In this document: one piece after another, positions 1 to 13,177 of the stretch
Layout: each line of letters opens with the position of its first letter
How positions within the stretch are numbered: the first letter of the stretch is position 1
DNA from: Magallana gigas
Lineage: Eukaryota
Reading direction: 5' to 3'
Assembly: GCF_963853765.1 (NCBI RefSeq)
Contig: NC_088855.1
Span: 11,966,001 to 12,030,000, forward strand
DNA: 64,000 bases
The notes under the pieces: generated by a model
The model's input: only the letters and a program-made list of their open reading frames with translations
What the model was told of the DNA's origin: nothing
Databases searched by the model: none
Made by a program: the position numbers and the translations under genes

Positions 1-347
1 CCGTTAATCGCCTGAAAAAGTAACATTATTTAGAGTATCTTGAAAAAAAAAACGTTTTTACAAAGGTTTTTGGGAATTTTTATACAAATTTTTGATCGTC
101 GAAAATGCTTTGAGTGTTTCTTTTTTAATAAAGAGATGGATAATCTATGGACAATATTAGACTATATAAATTTCTCTCTTTTTAAAAAAGACCTTTGTAT
201 AAAGATAAAGGAACAAATTTAAATTCTAAAGCTAAAATGTTAGGGATTTCTTTTTACCTGACAATAGGATATGGCTTACCGTCACTAAAAAGATAATCTA
301 AATGAAGAAGATCCGATGAAAAGTTAAGAAGAAATCATGACCTATCA

Positions 348-477
348 GGCCTGGGGGCCATAAAACTTGGACGAAATCGCTTCTGATCTCAGTCTCACTT
401 TTACAAAAGGAATGTATAGTGGAAAAGTGAGACTGAGATCGAAAGCGAGCTCGTCTAACTTTTATGGCCCCGGGGCC
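348..477. mobile_element. Short fold-back MITE-like element (imperfect palindrome, ~55-bp arms)
   Basis: GGGGCCATAAAA...GATCTCAGTCTCACTTTT (353-402) pairs with AAAAGTGAGACTGAGATC...TTTTATGGCCCC (423-471), with a ~20-nt loop. No clear TSD. Confidence 0.55.
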
Positions 478-897
478 CGATATGTTTTCATTTTGAGTTT
501 GATGAATTACCTTAGCTTGGAAGTGTCACGTTAAAGAAGCATATTTTATTAACTATTAATCGTCTCCTGAATTTCCTTACGTCAGTCTCTAAGAGCTATG
601 AGATATAATTTTCAGCGACAGTTTGGAAAAAAAACACGCATTTTATAGGAGCCAAATTTTTGGAATCGTCATTTTTAATAATAAAAAAAAATCTTCAGGC
701 ACTAAACAACTGTAACATGGATGTTGGGTTACAACAATCAAAATACAAAAAACAAGTAAAGTATTTATTAATAAATATATCAAAAATTGGTAATGCAGAA
801 ATAACACTTACAACCAAGCGCAAATTTATTTCAGCACATGTATCTGTAAATAGAATTATTTTAATAGACGTTGGCGACATTCATAGCGTTAAGGTTT

Positions 898-3800
898 TTA
901 AAGGTCAGTGTCCACCACGAGCGACTTATGCTTGATTTCCGTTTCGTCCGAACAGGTGCCCGGGATGCATAAATGTTGGGCGGCGTCATACATGGTTCCC
1001 GGGGGACACTTCTCAGGAATGTACTGTCCATATACACAACGTGCGTACTGGTCGCAGCTCTTCTCGCACTTTTGCACGGTCCCCACGAAGCAGAACCTAC
1101 ACTCGCCCGGTAAAACGCAACCATTACCAATTTCACATGCTGAAAAAAAGACAAACACAATAAGTCTTATAGAGTTAGTTGAACATGTATTCACACGAGA
1201 GTTTGATGGTAAAGAATTCTTAAAAAATACAATAATTATTTACAAGTATACATATTGTTGTACTTTGATATCTTATTGCGCACTTAGTTGTGATGACTTG
1301 TGATTTCTATCTTATAAATAAAGATTAAAGGGAATTTCTAATATTAAACATAAAATACAACATGCCGAGGAACAAATTTGCATTACAAAATGCATTATAT
1401 GTTTTTACTAATTTATCAGTTATGACGGCAAAATACGTCGTGAATCTACAATTACAATATTCTGCAGCTCTAATACTACGAATTTCTTTTACTTTGTACG
1501 AATTTATAATTTCCCAGCTATACAACATAATATTGACTTCAAACTTACTTGATTCAGTGGATTGTGGTTGTGGCCTTGGTATCAAAAGAATAGGCATTGG
1601 GGGAGGGGTCGGTACAACGACTGGCACTATACCAGGCATTGGCCAATCTTCTTCGTAGTCGCAATAAAAGGTCATATAGACTTGTCCGCCATCTTTTTGA
1701 GGACAGTTCTTACGCAAGTTCCAAGTATTGAAAACAGCCTCTCCATAGTCCTTGGCGTAGAGTTTTGGATACGTTGAGGTGACGCGCAACAATCCAGAGC
1801 ATGGTTGTGATTCGCCCTTTTGGGAATTTGGTATTTTACAATATGGACGACAGATTCTTCCGCATGAATCATAGGCAGAAAGCATTACGTCTGTTGCCCC
1901 ATACCCTGGGTCTTTGATTGCGACAAATGCAGTTGAGCTAGAAATAGCTTGACGATGGTCAACGATGGCATATTCTTTGTAGGTTCCTACGTAGTTAATA
2001 CCATTAGACTGAATAAAAACAGCACCAGCACCAAACTGCCCAGTATTACACGAAGCATATGAGGCCGGACGACCTGTAGCAAGGGGTGCTTTAAGAGATT
2101 TATAAGCATCGGGCTCGTAAATGTCTGTCTGTTTCATTGGACGACCATTCATAACAGGGAATGCATTGTATCTCTCGTACTCTGGAGGTCGCCTGTAAAC
2201 TACATCTACTGGAAGGTAGACCCAAAGTCGCATGTCGCTGACGCCGTTAATGTTGAAGCTATTCTGATAAGGTCTGTTTACAGGAATTACAGGACAGGTC
2301 TCTTGTGAAGACATAGTAGGCGAGTGAGTCGGTGGCAGCATGGAATTCTGGACTTTGTTCTGAATCATGCCCTGTATCATTCTATTTACATCGGAGCCCG
2401 TGCCTCGTATTCTGGGCATATTTGCGTTCATTTGTGGGATCTGATTATGTTGAGGCATTGTTGGAGAGGGGACGTTGAAGATTTCAAATCCCATAGGGTT
2501 CACCTTGTCTCTTCGCACAGACATTAACATATTACGCCCCATTTGGGGAACAACAGCGGGTCGGGAATTTTGCATCGTGTTTGGTCCAATTCGCTGCATG
2601 TTGACATTCATGTTTGGGATGTTAAATTTATTTAACCAAGCATTGCTTTGTTGCATGGTTTTTATTTGTTGTTTTTGCATTTGCTGATTTTGCATTTGTT
2701 GTTGTAACATTTGTTGTTGAAACATTTGTTGTTGTTGCTGCTGTTGCTGTTGTTGTTGTTGTTGCATCTGTATTCTCATATTGTTCGCCATTACTGGACG
2801 CCTAGGATGCATAGGAGGCATATGTGCTTGGTCGATAGACACACAAATCCATTCGCTGTTCTTGTTCATACATTGCAAATAAGGTGAGCCACAGTTTCGG
2901 TTAAAAGCTGAGCAAGATGGCGTCTCGTCGTATTTGTATATTCCTTTAACAATATATTCGCTGAAGCTGTCTATGTTCCTGAAATTACCAAGTCCTAACA
3001 TGGCGGTCGGTAAATGCAGAGTATGGTTGACAACAGATGGGTAATCGCGGGCAGGGTCGATGCCATTTAGCCTCTGTTGTGCTCTGAATTTTTCCCAGAC
3101 GTAATCAATATAAGCATGATGAAGGAAAAAAACAGGGTCCATTGCAGCAGTTGTCAACTCGCCCATTTGTCCGTCCACCCACATGTGTACTTCGCCATGA
3201 TGGAATTCGAGATTAAATTGAGTGAATGCATGCGGTTCGGTGATTTCGCTGAGTCGTTTTCTTGTGAGAATATTTTGTATGACGTTACGACGGAACAGTT
3301 GTCCCGTATTTGCGATATTTCTTATAAGGGGACCTGCTGGAGTCATCCAATCAGCGAAGGGGCCATTGGTGACGAGTCCATTGCCATTCCCCAAGAAGCG
3401 ATCGCTCCATATGGCTGACGCAACAGAGTTTGCCATTGCTTCGTCAATAGTTGAATCCCAGTATGGAAGCGTAACATCTGGAATTTTTTCTCTTAATGCA
3501 TTCTCAAACCTAAAAGAAGGAGGCTAGATTGATGCCAAAATGCTAAAGAAATAACTTTTTATTGAATGAGAAATTTTGAAAATACAAGTATATAAGCTTA
3601 CATGATTAAAAAGACTCGATGCCATCCGAGGAAATTCGGTCCCCCATGAGCCGCAGTCTCTGTGATTCCTTGATGTAAGGCTGCCAGCGAATCATATTTG
3701 TTCGGATGTATGCTCTGATATAAAGTATCGACAATAAAGTGATGTTTACAATTCAATCATTAACGCATATAATTTGCATCGAATTTTGGTAACAATATAA

Positions 3801-4014
3801 TAATACTTACTACGTAGATATATAGTTAAACAACTAACAAACAATACTTTATAATTAATCGCAACTTATCGGGCCTTTCTGACAGAGCTCTGGAAACCAT
3901 CTCAAATGTATTTACATTACCAGATGTTAGAAGTTTATTCCAAATGAAATCGCTTCCAGTGAATTTGAATATCGGCCAGAAAACATTGAATTTCTCTTCT
4001 GTTGTATTTTTGGA

Positions 4015-4050
<36 letters not shown>

Positions 4051-5082
4051 CGTTTATTTTTAGTGAAGTTAGGTTAAAATCTCAAGTGGTAATACAGAAC
4101 CCTTGATGTTTTTCACGTTTTTTTTAGATAAAAAAGCTAAACGCATATGTAATACATTCTAGGATTTCTAGCACTTGTCGGAAAGGCCTGAAATGTTTCG
4201 ATTGGTTTTATAATATCATTGGTTTGTTATTCATGATTTTACAGATTTAATTTGTTTGGTTGATTTTTTTTTCTTCATTCGATATTTATGCTTAACGAAT
4301 ACCAAAGCATGAATTTTTTAAAAACTTTTAGGAAGATCAATTAAGAAAGAAATAGTTAATTGTTAACTTCGTTATTTAGACTTGAAACTCGAAGTATCTG
4401 TATAATATATCAAACCTTATCTGCTTTCAACATCTGGATAGCAGTGAAAAACTTTTGTCGTTCAAAATCGGACATCATGCGTATTTCCTTCCTAACTCTC
4501 CCCGTCCCAGTGTTTGTAAGGGACCTTCTGTTTGGGAACACGAGCAGACGACTATACCAGACATTTGTGTTGGAAGTAACGTTGTAATTAAACCATTTGT
4601 GCATTCCGTTTTGCTGCCACATAAATTGATGAACACAGATCCAGTTGATGGATTGACCGACGGTGTGTCGGATGCTGGTCTTTCTTGCGTATCTTGTGAA
4701 ACAATCGTCAAGTCCCTGTGGAATGGCCATATTGTGGATCACGCTCCAAGCCGTGGGAACCAAGGCGAAAAGAACAGACAACAGAAGATGAACCTGAAAA
4801 GAATTGATCGCTGTTATGTTGTTTTTCTAATATCTAAAGTTCAAAACGATAAAACTATGAAATGAAATGTACGAATACACGACTTTGAAACGATCAAACC
4901 TTTAAGCGGAGTGTTTAAAAATTTGTTTTTGCTGGCGAGAATTTTAAGCAGAAACAACTCAATTATATTATCAGGCATCATGATTATGACATAATGGTTC
5001 ACGTTGGTATAGTTTGGATTTTAAGATTAAGTTCCATATTTTTTACCTTCCATGTCTTTTCGTTTTCGCATAAAGTCGCCAT
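898..5082 (-). CDS. Secreted tyrosinase-like type-3 copper protein with Gln/Met-rich insert, Cys-rich C-terminal domain and chitin-binding type-2 (CBM14-like) tail; 909 aa
   Basis: Hand-spliced with GT-AG sites: 5082-5047, 4793-4416, 3714-3602, 3509-1549, 1139-898 (2730 nt, open frame). Hydrophobic signal VHLLLSVLFALVPTAWS. CuA: LH..AAHGGPNFLGWHR. CuB: FHHGEVH..DPVFFLHHAYID. Also LPYWD, and C-x5-C-x9-C-x12-C-x4-C in the last exon. Confidence 0.93.
4016..4047. repeat. (TA)n microsatellite in tyrosinase 1 intron
   Basis: Run of TA dinucleotides read directly. Confidence 0.9.
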
Positions 5083-5141
5083 TCTTGTCGGCTGCGTTTG
5101 CACAGCGCAATAAAGCAACTTTGGAGAAGATCAGCGCCACC

Positions 5142-5147
5142 TATATA
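5142..5147 (-). promoter_or_regulatory. Possible TATA-like box of tyrosinase 1
   Basis: TATATA about 60 nt upstream of the inferred ATG (5082). Support is positional only. Confidence 0.3.
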
Positions 5148-6416
5148 GTTTTATTGCACAGTGATGTGTCATGGTGGCTTTGGAACGGGAAGACGGCTTT
5201 AGTGTAAACTGTTAAAACCATGTCTGAGGAAACCCATCGTTGTTGACACGGGTTTAAAGGCTGTGTTTGAAGTTAGTTTTTGTACCTTGACCATGTTAAC
5301 AAGCTCATTTCAATGAAAATACGTTTATTTTAGCTTTCCATTCGCGCCATGAAGCAGGATTTCGCTTTACTTATAACACGTCGGGTTCAAACGGATGAGC
5401 TTGAAATTTAAGTTGAACAAGATGTTCTGACGAAATTTCTCAACGTCATTTCAGGATAAGGTTATCGATATTTTATTTGATAAAACAATTAAAAGATGTA
5501 CATTGTTAACTTTTCAAAAAGAAAACAAAAGACCGGTATGTAAACATTTGTTTTACAATTTATTTTTCATGTTTTTCTTAAAAGCTAACTTGTTAAATTC
5601 CGCCTCTTTATTGAAAACAAATAGCCCAGCGGAAACAGTGAAGGTGTTCTCTCTACACCATGAGCGTGTATTATTGTTCAAAATGATTTATACTTAATAG
5701 TTAAAGGCGTATTCAACTCATTGATATCGTCTACTTTTTATTCAATAATATATTAAAAAGTAAAAAGTTATAATTCTAACTTCAGTGAATAATTTATTTC
5801 CTATACATGTAAGTAATTGGAATTGGTTTACATACACATACATTTAAGATTTTGCAGTCGGTAAGACTGTTAAACGACCGGAAGTTGACAAGAGTCGCCA
5901 AAATAAACTGTTATATAAAGATACAACTATGTTGTTGTTCGACAACGAAGATTTGTTAAACCCTTGCAACAATACAAAACGCTAAATAGTGCAGCAGGAG
6001 GTTATACCCCCCCCCCCCCCCAAAAAAAAATATTGATGTTTTAAAGCAACATTCAAACCGAGCTGTGTTTATATAATAATACGATAAAAACTGTCATTGA
6101 ATGTTAATGTGAATTTCATTGGTGACTGACACAAGTTTGTCAAACAAAGTTTTTGGGTAAACATGTGGAAAAAAACTTGTCCGAAAGTAATATTTTGTCT
6201 ATACCTTCCTTGATTGTGTTATTCGAGTGTAGTTTCTAATTTGTATAGATATGTAAGGTGGTTTTGGAGATATATCAATATAAATATGGATAAAAGTACA
6301 TTATAATCAAAATACTTTCATAAGTTTAGAATTTTCATATTAAAAATATTTCACCAAAAAATGCGTTACTTTTAATTTTTTTTTTTTTAAAGTAAATGAT
6401 AAAATAAACTTCAATG

Positions 6417-6480
6417 GTATTCAAACACATGACTTACAGATTCATTAATGAGCGCTATGACCCATTTCGCTACGCTGTTG
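6417..6480 (-). repeat. Degenerate tRNA-derived SINE head
   Basis: Minus strand reads TAGCGAAATGG (A-box-like) ... GTTTGAATACC (B-box-like). No complete cloverleaf is evident. Confidence 0.35.
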
Positions 6481-7538
6481 TTATGTAAGGGAAAGAAAAC
6501 ATTTATAAAATAATATTTACTTCTTTAATAGGAGGTACGTAACAATATAATAGAGGTGTACCATGTAACTGTCTTTTACTACTAAACAATTTTTAATGAG
6601 TCAATGACTGAAAACTGTTGATAAGTAAAATACACTACCATAATGATTTCATCCAGGAAAAAGTGGATTAAACACTGATATGAATAGAATAAGAAAGATA
6701 ACATTTTTAGGGCTATAAATGAAACACACATTAGTGTATTAATATGGTTTATCGCAATTTTGAGGCACTATATTTTTCACAACTAAATGGTTCCAAGGAA
6801 ATACTGAGTCTGTTTTTTATATCATGGAAAAAGTTATCAACCGCTTACGTCAGTTGTTTTTTAATGTTTGTTCTGATGCACATTTACCAACATGAAAACG
6901 TCTCAATTTCAAAGATCATACGACTTCAAACTTAGTAAATGTTAATTAAATCAGTTATAAAATTATATTAAATGGGCAATCGAGCTCTTTTTAATATGTC
7001 CTCATAGTCAATTATTTCATTTCTAAATCTGTGAACCGACCTCTTTATTTATCTAAAATATGCGTACATGCGCACCAACTTGTTCAGTACACGTGTACCA
7101 AATAATGCATATCGTCTACAATTAAAAATGTCTATTCTATAGTCAGTTTTTTGACAATATATGGCGTTTTATTTTTTGGTTTGTAATTGTTTTACTCAAT
7201 GTTTATAAAATCATCCATAGATTAAAGTAAATTTTGATTATGATTCGGAAAACAAGGAATTTTGTCGCTGAACTAAGTACTTATCTGACCAAATTTTGAG
7301 GTCACTGGCTTCACTTTAATGACCTCCGTATGGACAAGATATTTCGAAACGGCTAGGTAAACAGTTGTCTGGGACTACATGATGAACTTTATGAAACAAA
7401 CTTTCGATAAGCACAACGTTCTGAGGATTCTGTAAATGTTTGGGCAACGACTTATGAAACCCTATCTTATCATGTTTGTTAACCCAAAGACCCACGTGTA
7501 CCATCACGTTACAGAACATAACTTATGTATTCACCGGG

Positions 7539-7546
7539 TATAAAAA
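7539..7546 (+). promoter_or_regulatory. TATA box of ApoD-like 1
   Basis: TATAAAAA 61 nt upstream of ATG 7600. The paralog has TATAAA at an equivalent distance (37746). Confidence 0.55.
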
Positions 7547-7599
7547 CGTCCAATAACCCATCATATGGAGCATTGACACTTGTAGAGAAAGAAACGAAA

Positions 7600-8963
7600 A
7601 TGTTCATTATAATTTGCGTGGTTCTCTCAATCTTTGGGGTTTCTCAAGCTCAAGTTTTTGGTTTTGGGAAATGTGCAAAGGTCCAAACCCAGGAAACTCT
7701 TGATCTTAATAAGGTAAATGTATTCGTATTTGACGTTTCCTCCCAATCAAACAAGAACTGTTTAACTAGATTTAATTCAATATATGAAAGTTTATTGATA
7801 TGTACATTTATTCTTATTTTCAGTATCTTGGAACTTGGTACGAAATATACAAATTCAAAGCCAATTTTGAAGGAAACCAGAAATGTGTATCGGCGAATTA
7901 TCAGCTAAAGTCAGATGGTCACATTCGAGTGGATAATATAGGAATCGAGTAACTATCTCAATCTTTAATTGACTTATGTGTATTTTCAATGTATTCTATT
8001 CCTTAAAATATTACATCATACTTAAATGCTTTGTAAAATGCTGTATCTTCAAACAACATCACAAGAGATCATTAAAAGTGTTTTATTTTCAAAGCCTGAG
8101 TATTATTTCATCTAGCAAAATTAAATATATCGTGATCTCAGAAAATCTTCAATTTTTCACAGTACCTTGTAGCTATGTTTGCTAAAACTAAACTCCTTGA
8201 TAAAATCGTAACTTGTTATTTTGTAATCATCATCAAAATGTTTACTGCTATCTGCCCTGGAGAGAGGAGGAAAAAACGGGTGAAGATGAGATATTAATAA
8301 CTGTATTCTTTTGTTTACAAAGAAATGGCGAGAAAAAGGAAGCAGTTGGTGACGCCTACATTCCAGATCCAAAATACCCATCTCGACTTGGAGTTCGATT
8401 CTCAAATCGTAAGTTTTCTACTCTTTTATATAAAAATATTGATAAAATTATTATTTTCTCTGCAATTATAAGAAGTTTTAATAGGTAAAATTTAAAATAC
8501 CGTAGCGTTATTACATATATGATGCCTGTTTGAGAGGGTAACAGCTGAAATTGACACCCCTGAGAGAACTATTGTTAACCGATGTTGACTGTGAGAAATT
8601 AAACACAAAAATTAATCTTAAAAAATAACAATTACATCATTATATACTTCATTGAATTATTATAGTTCAGCTATCAAGTTTTTAAAACAGTTATGAATAA
8701 GTTGTCAGCGAGATACTCAGGTATAGCGTATTCTTGTAGTTGCTCCGTACGGACGATACTGGGTCCTTGATACAGACTACACTACTCACACCATGATCTA
8801 CTCCTGTTCGGACATCCTCGGACTGTTTCATATATCGTACGCATGGATCTTAAGCCGTGACAGGACACTTGATGAATCTGTGAAGAATAGACTTTTTGCC
8901 AAGGCGCAGTCCTTTGGTATTGACACTTCAAAATTTCTAAAAGAAGATCAAACTGGTTGCTGA
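7600..8963 (+). CDS. Apolipoprotein D-like lipocalin 1; 182 aa
   Basis: Exons 7600-7713, 7824-7948, 8323-8408, 8740-8963 (549 nt, open). Signal peptide MFIIICVVLSIFGVSQA, followed by GKC. Lipocalin motifs YLGTWYEI, YWVLDTDY, YSC and AWILSR; terminal Cys. Confidence 0.95.
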
Positions 8964-10239
8964 TACTATCATATAAAATATTCAATAATATTGTTTCACA
9001 TTGTTTTGTATGTTTTTTTAAAATAAACTATTGACGAAGAAGTTTCTTAAGTTTTGTTTATCCGTCGTTTTAATTAGAAACACATAATGACGATGATATT
9101 GGTCGTTAGCTTTTTAAATTGGATCAAACTTGTGCAGCTTTGTTTGTAAAGCATTGTAATATTCAGCTTGTTTATGTAATGTTATGCTATTTTGTTTTCT
9201 TTAATGATAACCATTTTTTTTTCTAAAAGGATATCAACCAATTGTAATCTTCTACTTTTTTCACTTCAGTGTAGATTTCTAAGAATCATGCTTCGTAATG
9301 ATTTGAAAAGTTGTATTTCGTAGCCTTTTGTGTGGAATGTGTTTCCTGAAGTTGATGATGAATTGATGACGACACGTTGGGTGAAAACATTCTCTGCCCT
9401 ATTCAGAGATTTTGTCATTGTGGTCGATGTTTTTCACTGTTAGCACATCAAAATTAATTATCACTGAACCGTACTATTAGTCATTACAAACATGTGCTTT
9501 CTTTAGGAACTGCTTAGTTTGCACTCAGTCTTTTGCTTCAATTATATAAGTTTATCGTTTTAATAAACAGAATACTTTTAATTAGAAAATAAAATAAACC
9601 ACTGTTATCCACCAGCAGTAGCAGCAAGTTCCAAAGAAAATTGCATAACAATTGCATTGTTATCGTTCTTAAGGGTTTGTTCCATAATTCATTTCTTTGA
9701 GTTTACTAGAAGTACTGTAAAATTAAAGATGCGTTTGGTCTCGAGTAGTATTCTTCAATTAAAGAGATTAAAAGCTATGTTTGCAATTCGAATCTCAAGG
9801 TAAAATGTTCTATGATTCAAACACATTTAATTGTGAGAGGTTGATGTCTCTGCTTTGAAGTTGGAAAATGCTGAATAAAACAGTAAATTTAATTAATGGT
9901 TGACAGCTGTACACAGTAACAACACATTGTACAAACATTTACTAGAGTTATTCAAGATCTCAACGGTAACAACAATATTTTAAGTGTGAGGTCTGAAATA
10001 GAGGGAATTAAAGTCCAATAATAACTATTTGCGAACAAAAGGAAACGTGACGTCTGTTTTCTAGTTCTCTATCATAATCTTTGTAAATTATGAGCAAAGT
10101 TGTGAAGAAGTTGAACATTATGTATAGTGCTGCTAATCAAAATTGTTTTAGGTTCAGTTTTGTTTTTGTATTTTCTAAATGTTTCCAGAAATAGAGAAAC
10201 ATGTAGAAATTTAAAGATTGTTTTAACTTTCAGATTAGG

Positions 10240-10382
10240 ATGAAAAATGACAATAACAAACTGCAAACCATCTCAACAATTTATAAAGCAAAATACAAAT
10301 TCAAAGCAGAGCAACACGGACCTCTAAATAGAGAGAGATGGGATAAGGTGCATAGGAGGAGTAAGCATCCCCTGTTGACCGG
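10240..10382 (-). repeat. Interspersed repeat (probable retroelement 3' end), left half, split by the Ginger1-like insertion
   Basis: Joins seamlessly to 28780-28950. An uninterrupted homologue lies inverted at 29242-29343. Family identity (possibly Penelope-like) is uncertain. Confidence 0.7.
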
Positions 10383-11101
10383 TGTCGTATAATTTAAGGT
10401 CCGCCCCGTAAAATGGTCCGGGGCGGACCCTTAATGTTAACATTAAGGGTCCGCCTTTGCTCTAAAAGGGTCCGGCCCGTATAAGAAAAGGTCCGCCTAA
10501 CATTAAAGGTCCGGGGTATATTCTTTCATTTATATTATTTCAATTTCGACTATTTTGTTACAAAATAAGTGGTATTATTTTTTAATTCTTATAAAGGAGT
10601 ACCTACCCGAGGTGAGTCAGTAAATATCCAGCACAGAGTTTTAATGAAAATACTTATACAGGTAGCTTGGTGAACACAAATAAATCACAAAAATTATTAC
10701 TGTTTAAAACTGGATTCTCCTTTCAACTTTAGTTTTGACGGTCTATCTTATATAAACAGGGAATGAAACTGATTGGTGTCATTAATTAAACAATGGCTTT
10801 AACCAGGTGTTGTATATACACAATCCACCCTGCAGGTGTGAGGGGTTCACACCTTCAGGTGTTTGACTGTTTGAAATAATCATGTAAACAATGGACATAT
10901 CCAACGTCCTCTTTTTGCACATCTTTCCAATACGATACACGCTTAAAAACGTTACCCTTTTTAAAATCAAATATTCTTTACAATTCAATTTCAACGGTAC
11001 ATGGAAGCGATATCATTGCTACTTTTTATTTGCACTAGGGCACAGGGGCATCGTATCCGCTCTACTCTCTATGACATATATATAAATACATGTAATACAT
11101 T

Positions 11102-11102
<1 letters not shown>

Positions 11103-11180
<78 letters not shown>
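11103..11180. repeat. (GA)n microsatellite
   Basis: Long AG run. Further GA runs lie at ~13135-13172 and ~54346-54400. Confidence 0.95.
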
Positions 11181-11183
<3 letters not shown>

Positions 11184-12625
11184 CGACGCCCCTGTGACTA
11201 GGGCATATTATTAAGTGAAAGTTATGCTAATTATTATAAATTATTCAGTTCTTTAATCCCTCTTTCTATTTGAAACTTTATATTTGGATCGAACTATAAT
11301 AATCAAGGAAGGGGAGTATCCAAAGGAATTGATTTGTTTCATGAGAAATTATAGACATACATGTAAGATTAGTAAAAAGCCCTATTCCTTCGGCTGTATA
11401 TGCATTTTGCTTCTGGCAAAAAAATTAAAGGGATCCGATTTTCTTCCTAGAAAAAAAATAACACAGGTGCTTGTAGACAGGATCCCCCTCCTCCCCCCTC
11501 CCCCCTGAATTTAGACCCATGGGGTAGTTGACACTGTTTTGGTAGAAATTCCTTTAAAGTCATGTACACAAAATGCTCCGATTTATTTTAAACAACCCCA
11601 ACCTGAATATAAAAGGTATATTTTTTTTTCATATGCAATGGTGGGGGGGGGGGGGGTACATTAATCGTTTATTTTCCGTTAATTTTTAGATATTTAAAAT
11701 GGAACATATTGTGTACATGACTTTAATTAAAAGAATTTCTATCCAGAAAAAGTCAACTACACCAAAGGTTCAGACCGGGGATAGGGGGGTGGGGGGATAA
11801 ATCTCAATTTAAATAAATTTTACTACTTCTCTTACTTAACATTACACTAATTTTTAAGGACACAATGCATGTACATATATATGTACATGTATCGGGTCTC
11901 GCCTCTTTAATTGAAGTATTTTACGATGACAATTATTTATATAAATATTATTACAGTTAATGTGTAACTACTCTGAGTACATTTTAAAAAATAAAACCTA
12001 CACTGAAGTCAGTTTCATGTCCACTCCAACATTACGTAGTTCAACTGAAAAATATCACAATAAAAATCTATAACAAACTCACTACATTCATGCATGACTA
12101 TGCAGTTCATTTAACGAGGCGGACCTTTTCTTGAACTATTGGGTCCTACCTCTAAAATGAAAGGTCATCGGGTCAACATACTGTGAATTTTTTGCAAACA
12201 GTATTTCGATCAATGGGGCGGACCTTTTCTAAATGAGCCATAATATTACATCTAGGTCCTATCCCTAAATTAAAAGAACATCGGGGTCAATCAAAGCAAG
12301 TATCAATATGAATGTTAATTTTCTGCATTGGGTATTTCAACAAGTGGACCTTTTCTGTGCCATAATATTAAGTCCTAGCACTAAATTAAAAGATTATAGG
12401 GATAAATCAAAACAAGTATTTATACGAATATTTATCATATGAATATTAATTATCTGCATTCAGTATTTCAACGTGGCGGACCATTTCTTTAACTTTATTT
12501 TTGGGTCCTACCCACTGAAGAAAAGATCTTCACTAAATTAGAGTCAATACAAGTGTCAAATTGATTAAGTATTTTCCTATATACCAATGATACCATTGAT
12601 GCATCGAAGGATATGTAACTAGACA

Positions 12626-12766
12626 NNNNNNNNNNNNNNNNNNNNNNNNNNNNNNNNNNNNNNNNNNNNNNNNNNNNNNNNNNNNNNNNNNNNNNNNNNN
12701 NNNNNNNNNNNNNNNNNNNNNNNNNNNNNNNNNNNNNNNNNNNNNNNNNNNNNNNNNNNNNNNNNN
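12626..12766. other. Assembly gap (N run)
   Basis: 141 N characters. Confidence 1.
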
Positions 12767-13131
12767 GCAAGATTGTTACTCTAGACACTATCCATTTGAT
12801 AAGGACGTCAATATTTTACTCCATGGAGATACAATTTTTTTCTTAAATCAACAAGGATTTTTTTTAGGCAGTTTACAAATATATTTCTGCATTAAAGCGC
12901 TTTATGATATAGAATTTAAACATTATCGAGGGAAACGGATTTACTTATAATAAAACTATAGTGTTTACTTGTTTCCAAATCCTTGCTTAATTACATGTAT
13001 GCATCATTATATACATATAAAAGTATTGTACGTTTGATTAAAGAAAGAGGGAATAAGTCTTTTAGAATAATGAAGTGATCGAATACTGTCGGAAATAAAC
13101 ACTTACACTTTTTAAACTATATTGCATGCGC

Positions 13132-13177
<46 letters not shown>

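Noticed and set aside
1325-1548. C-terminal ~75 aa of the 703-aa ORF (KFEVNIMLYSW...)
   Set aside because: This is intron read-through. A GTAAGT donor at 1548 splices in phase to the Cys-rich exon at 1139.
6417-6480. Functional tRNA gene
   Set aside because: Only degenerate A/B-box similarity with no cloverleaf. Kept as a SINE remnant.
7494-7499. CACGTG E-box upstream of ApoD1 (and CACATG upstream of ApoD2) as MITF sites
   Set aside because: Hexamers are expected by chance and nothing else in the sequence supports them.
12118-12520. CRISPR-like repeat-spacer array
   Set aside because: The units are degenerate along their whole length with irregular spacing, the context is eukaryotic, and there are no cas genes.
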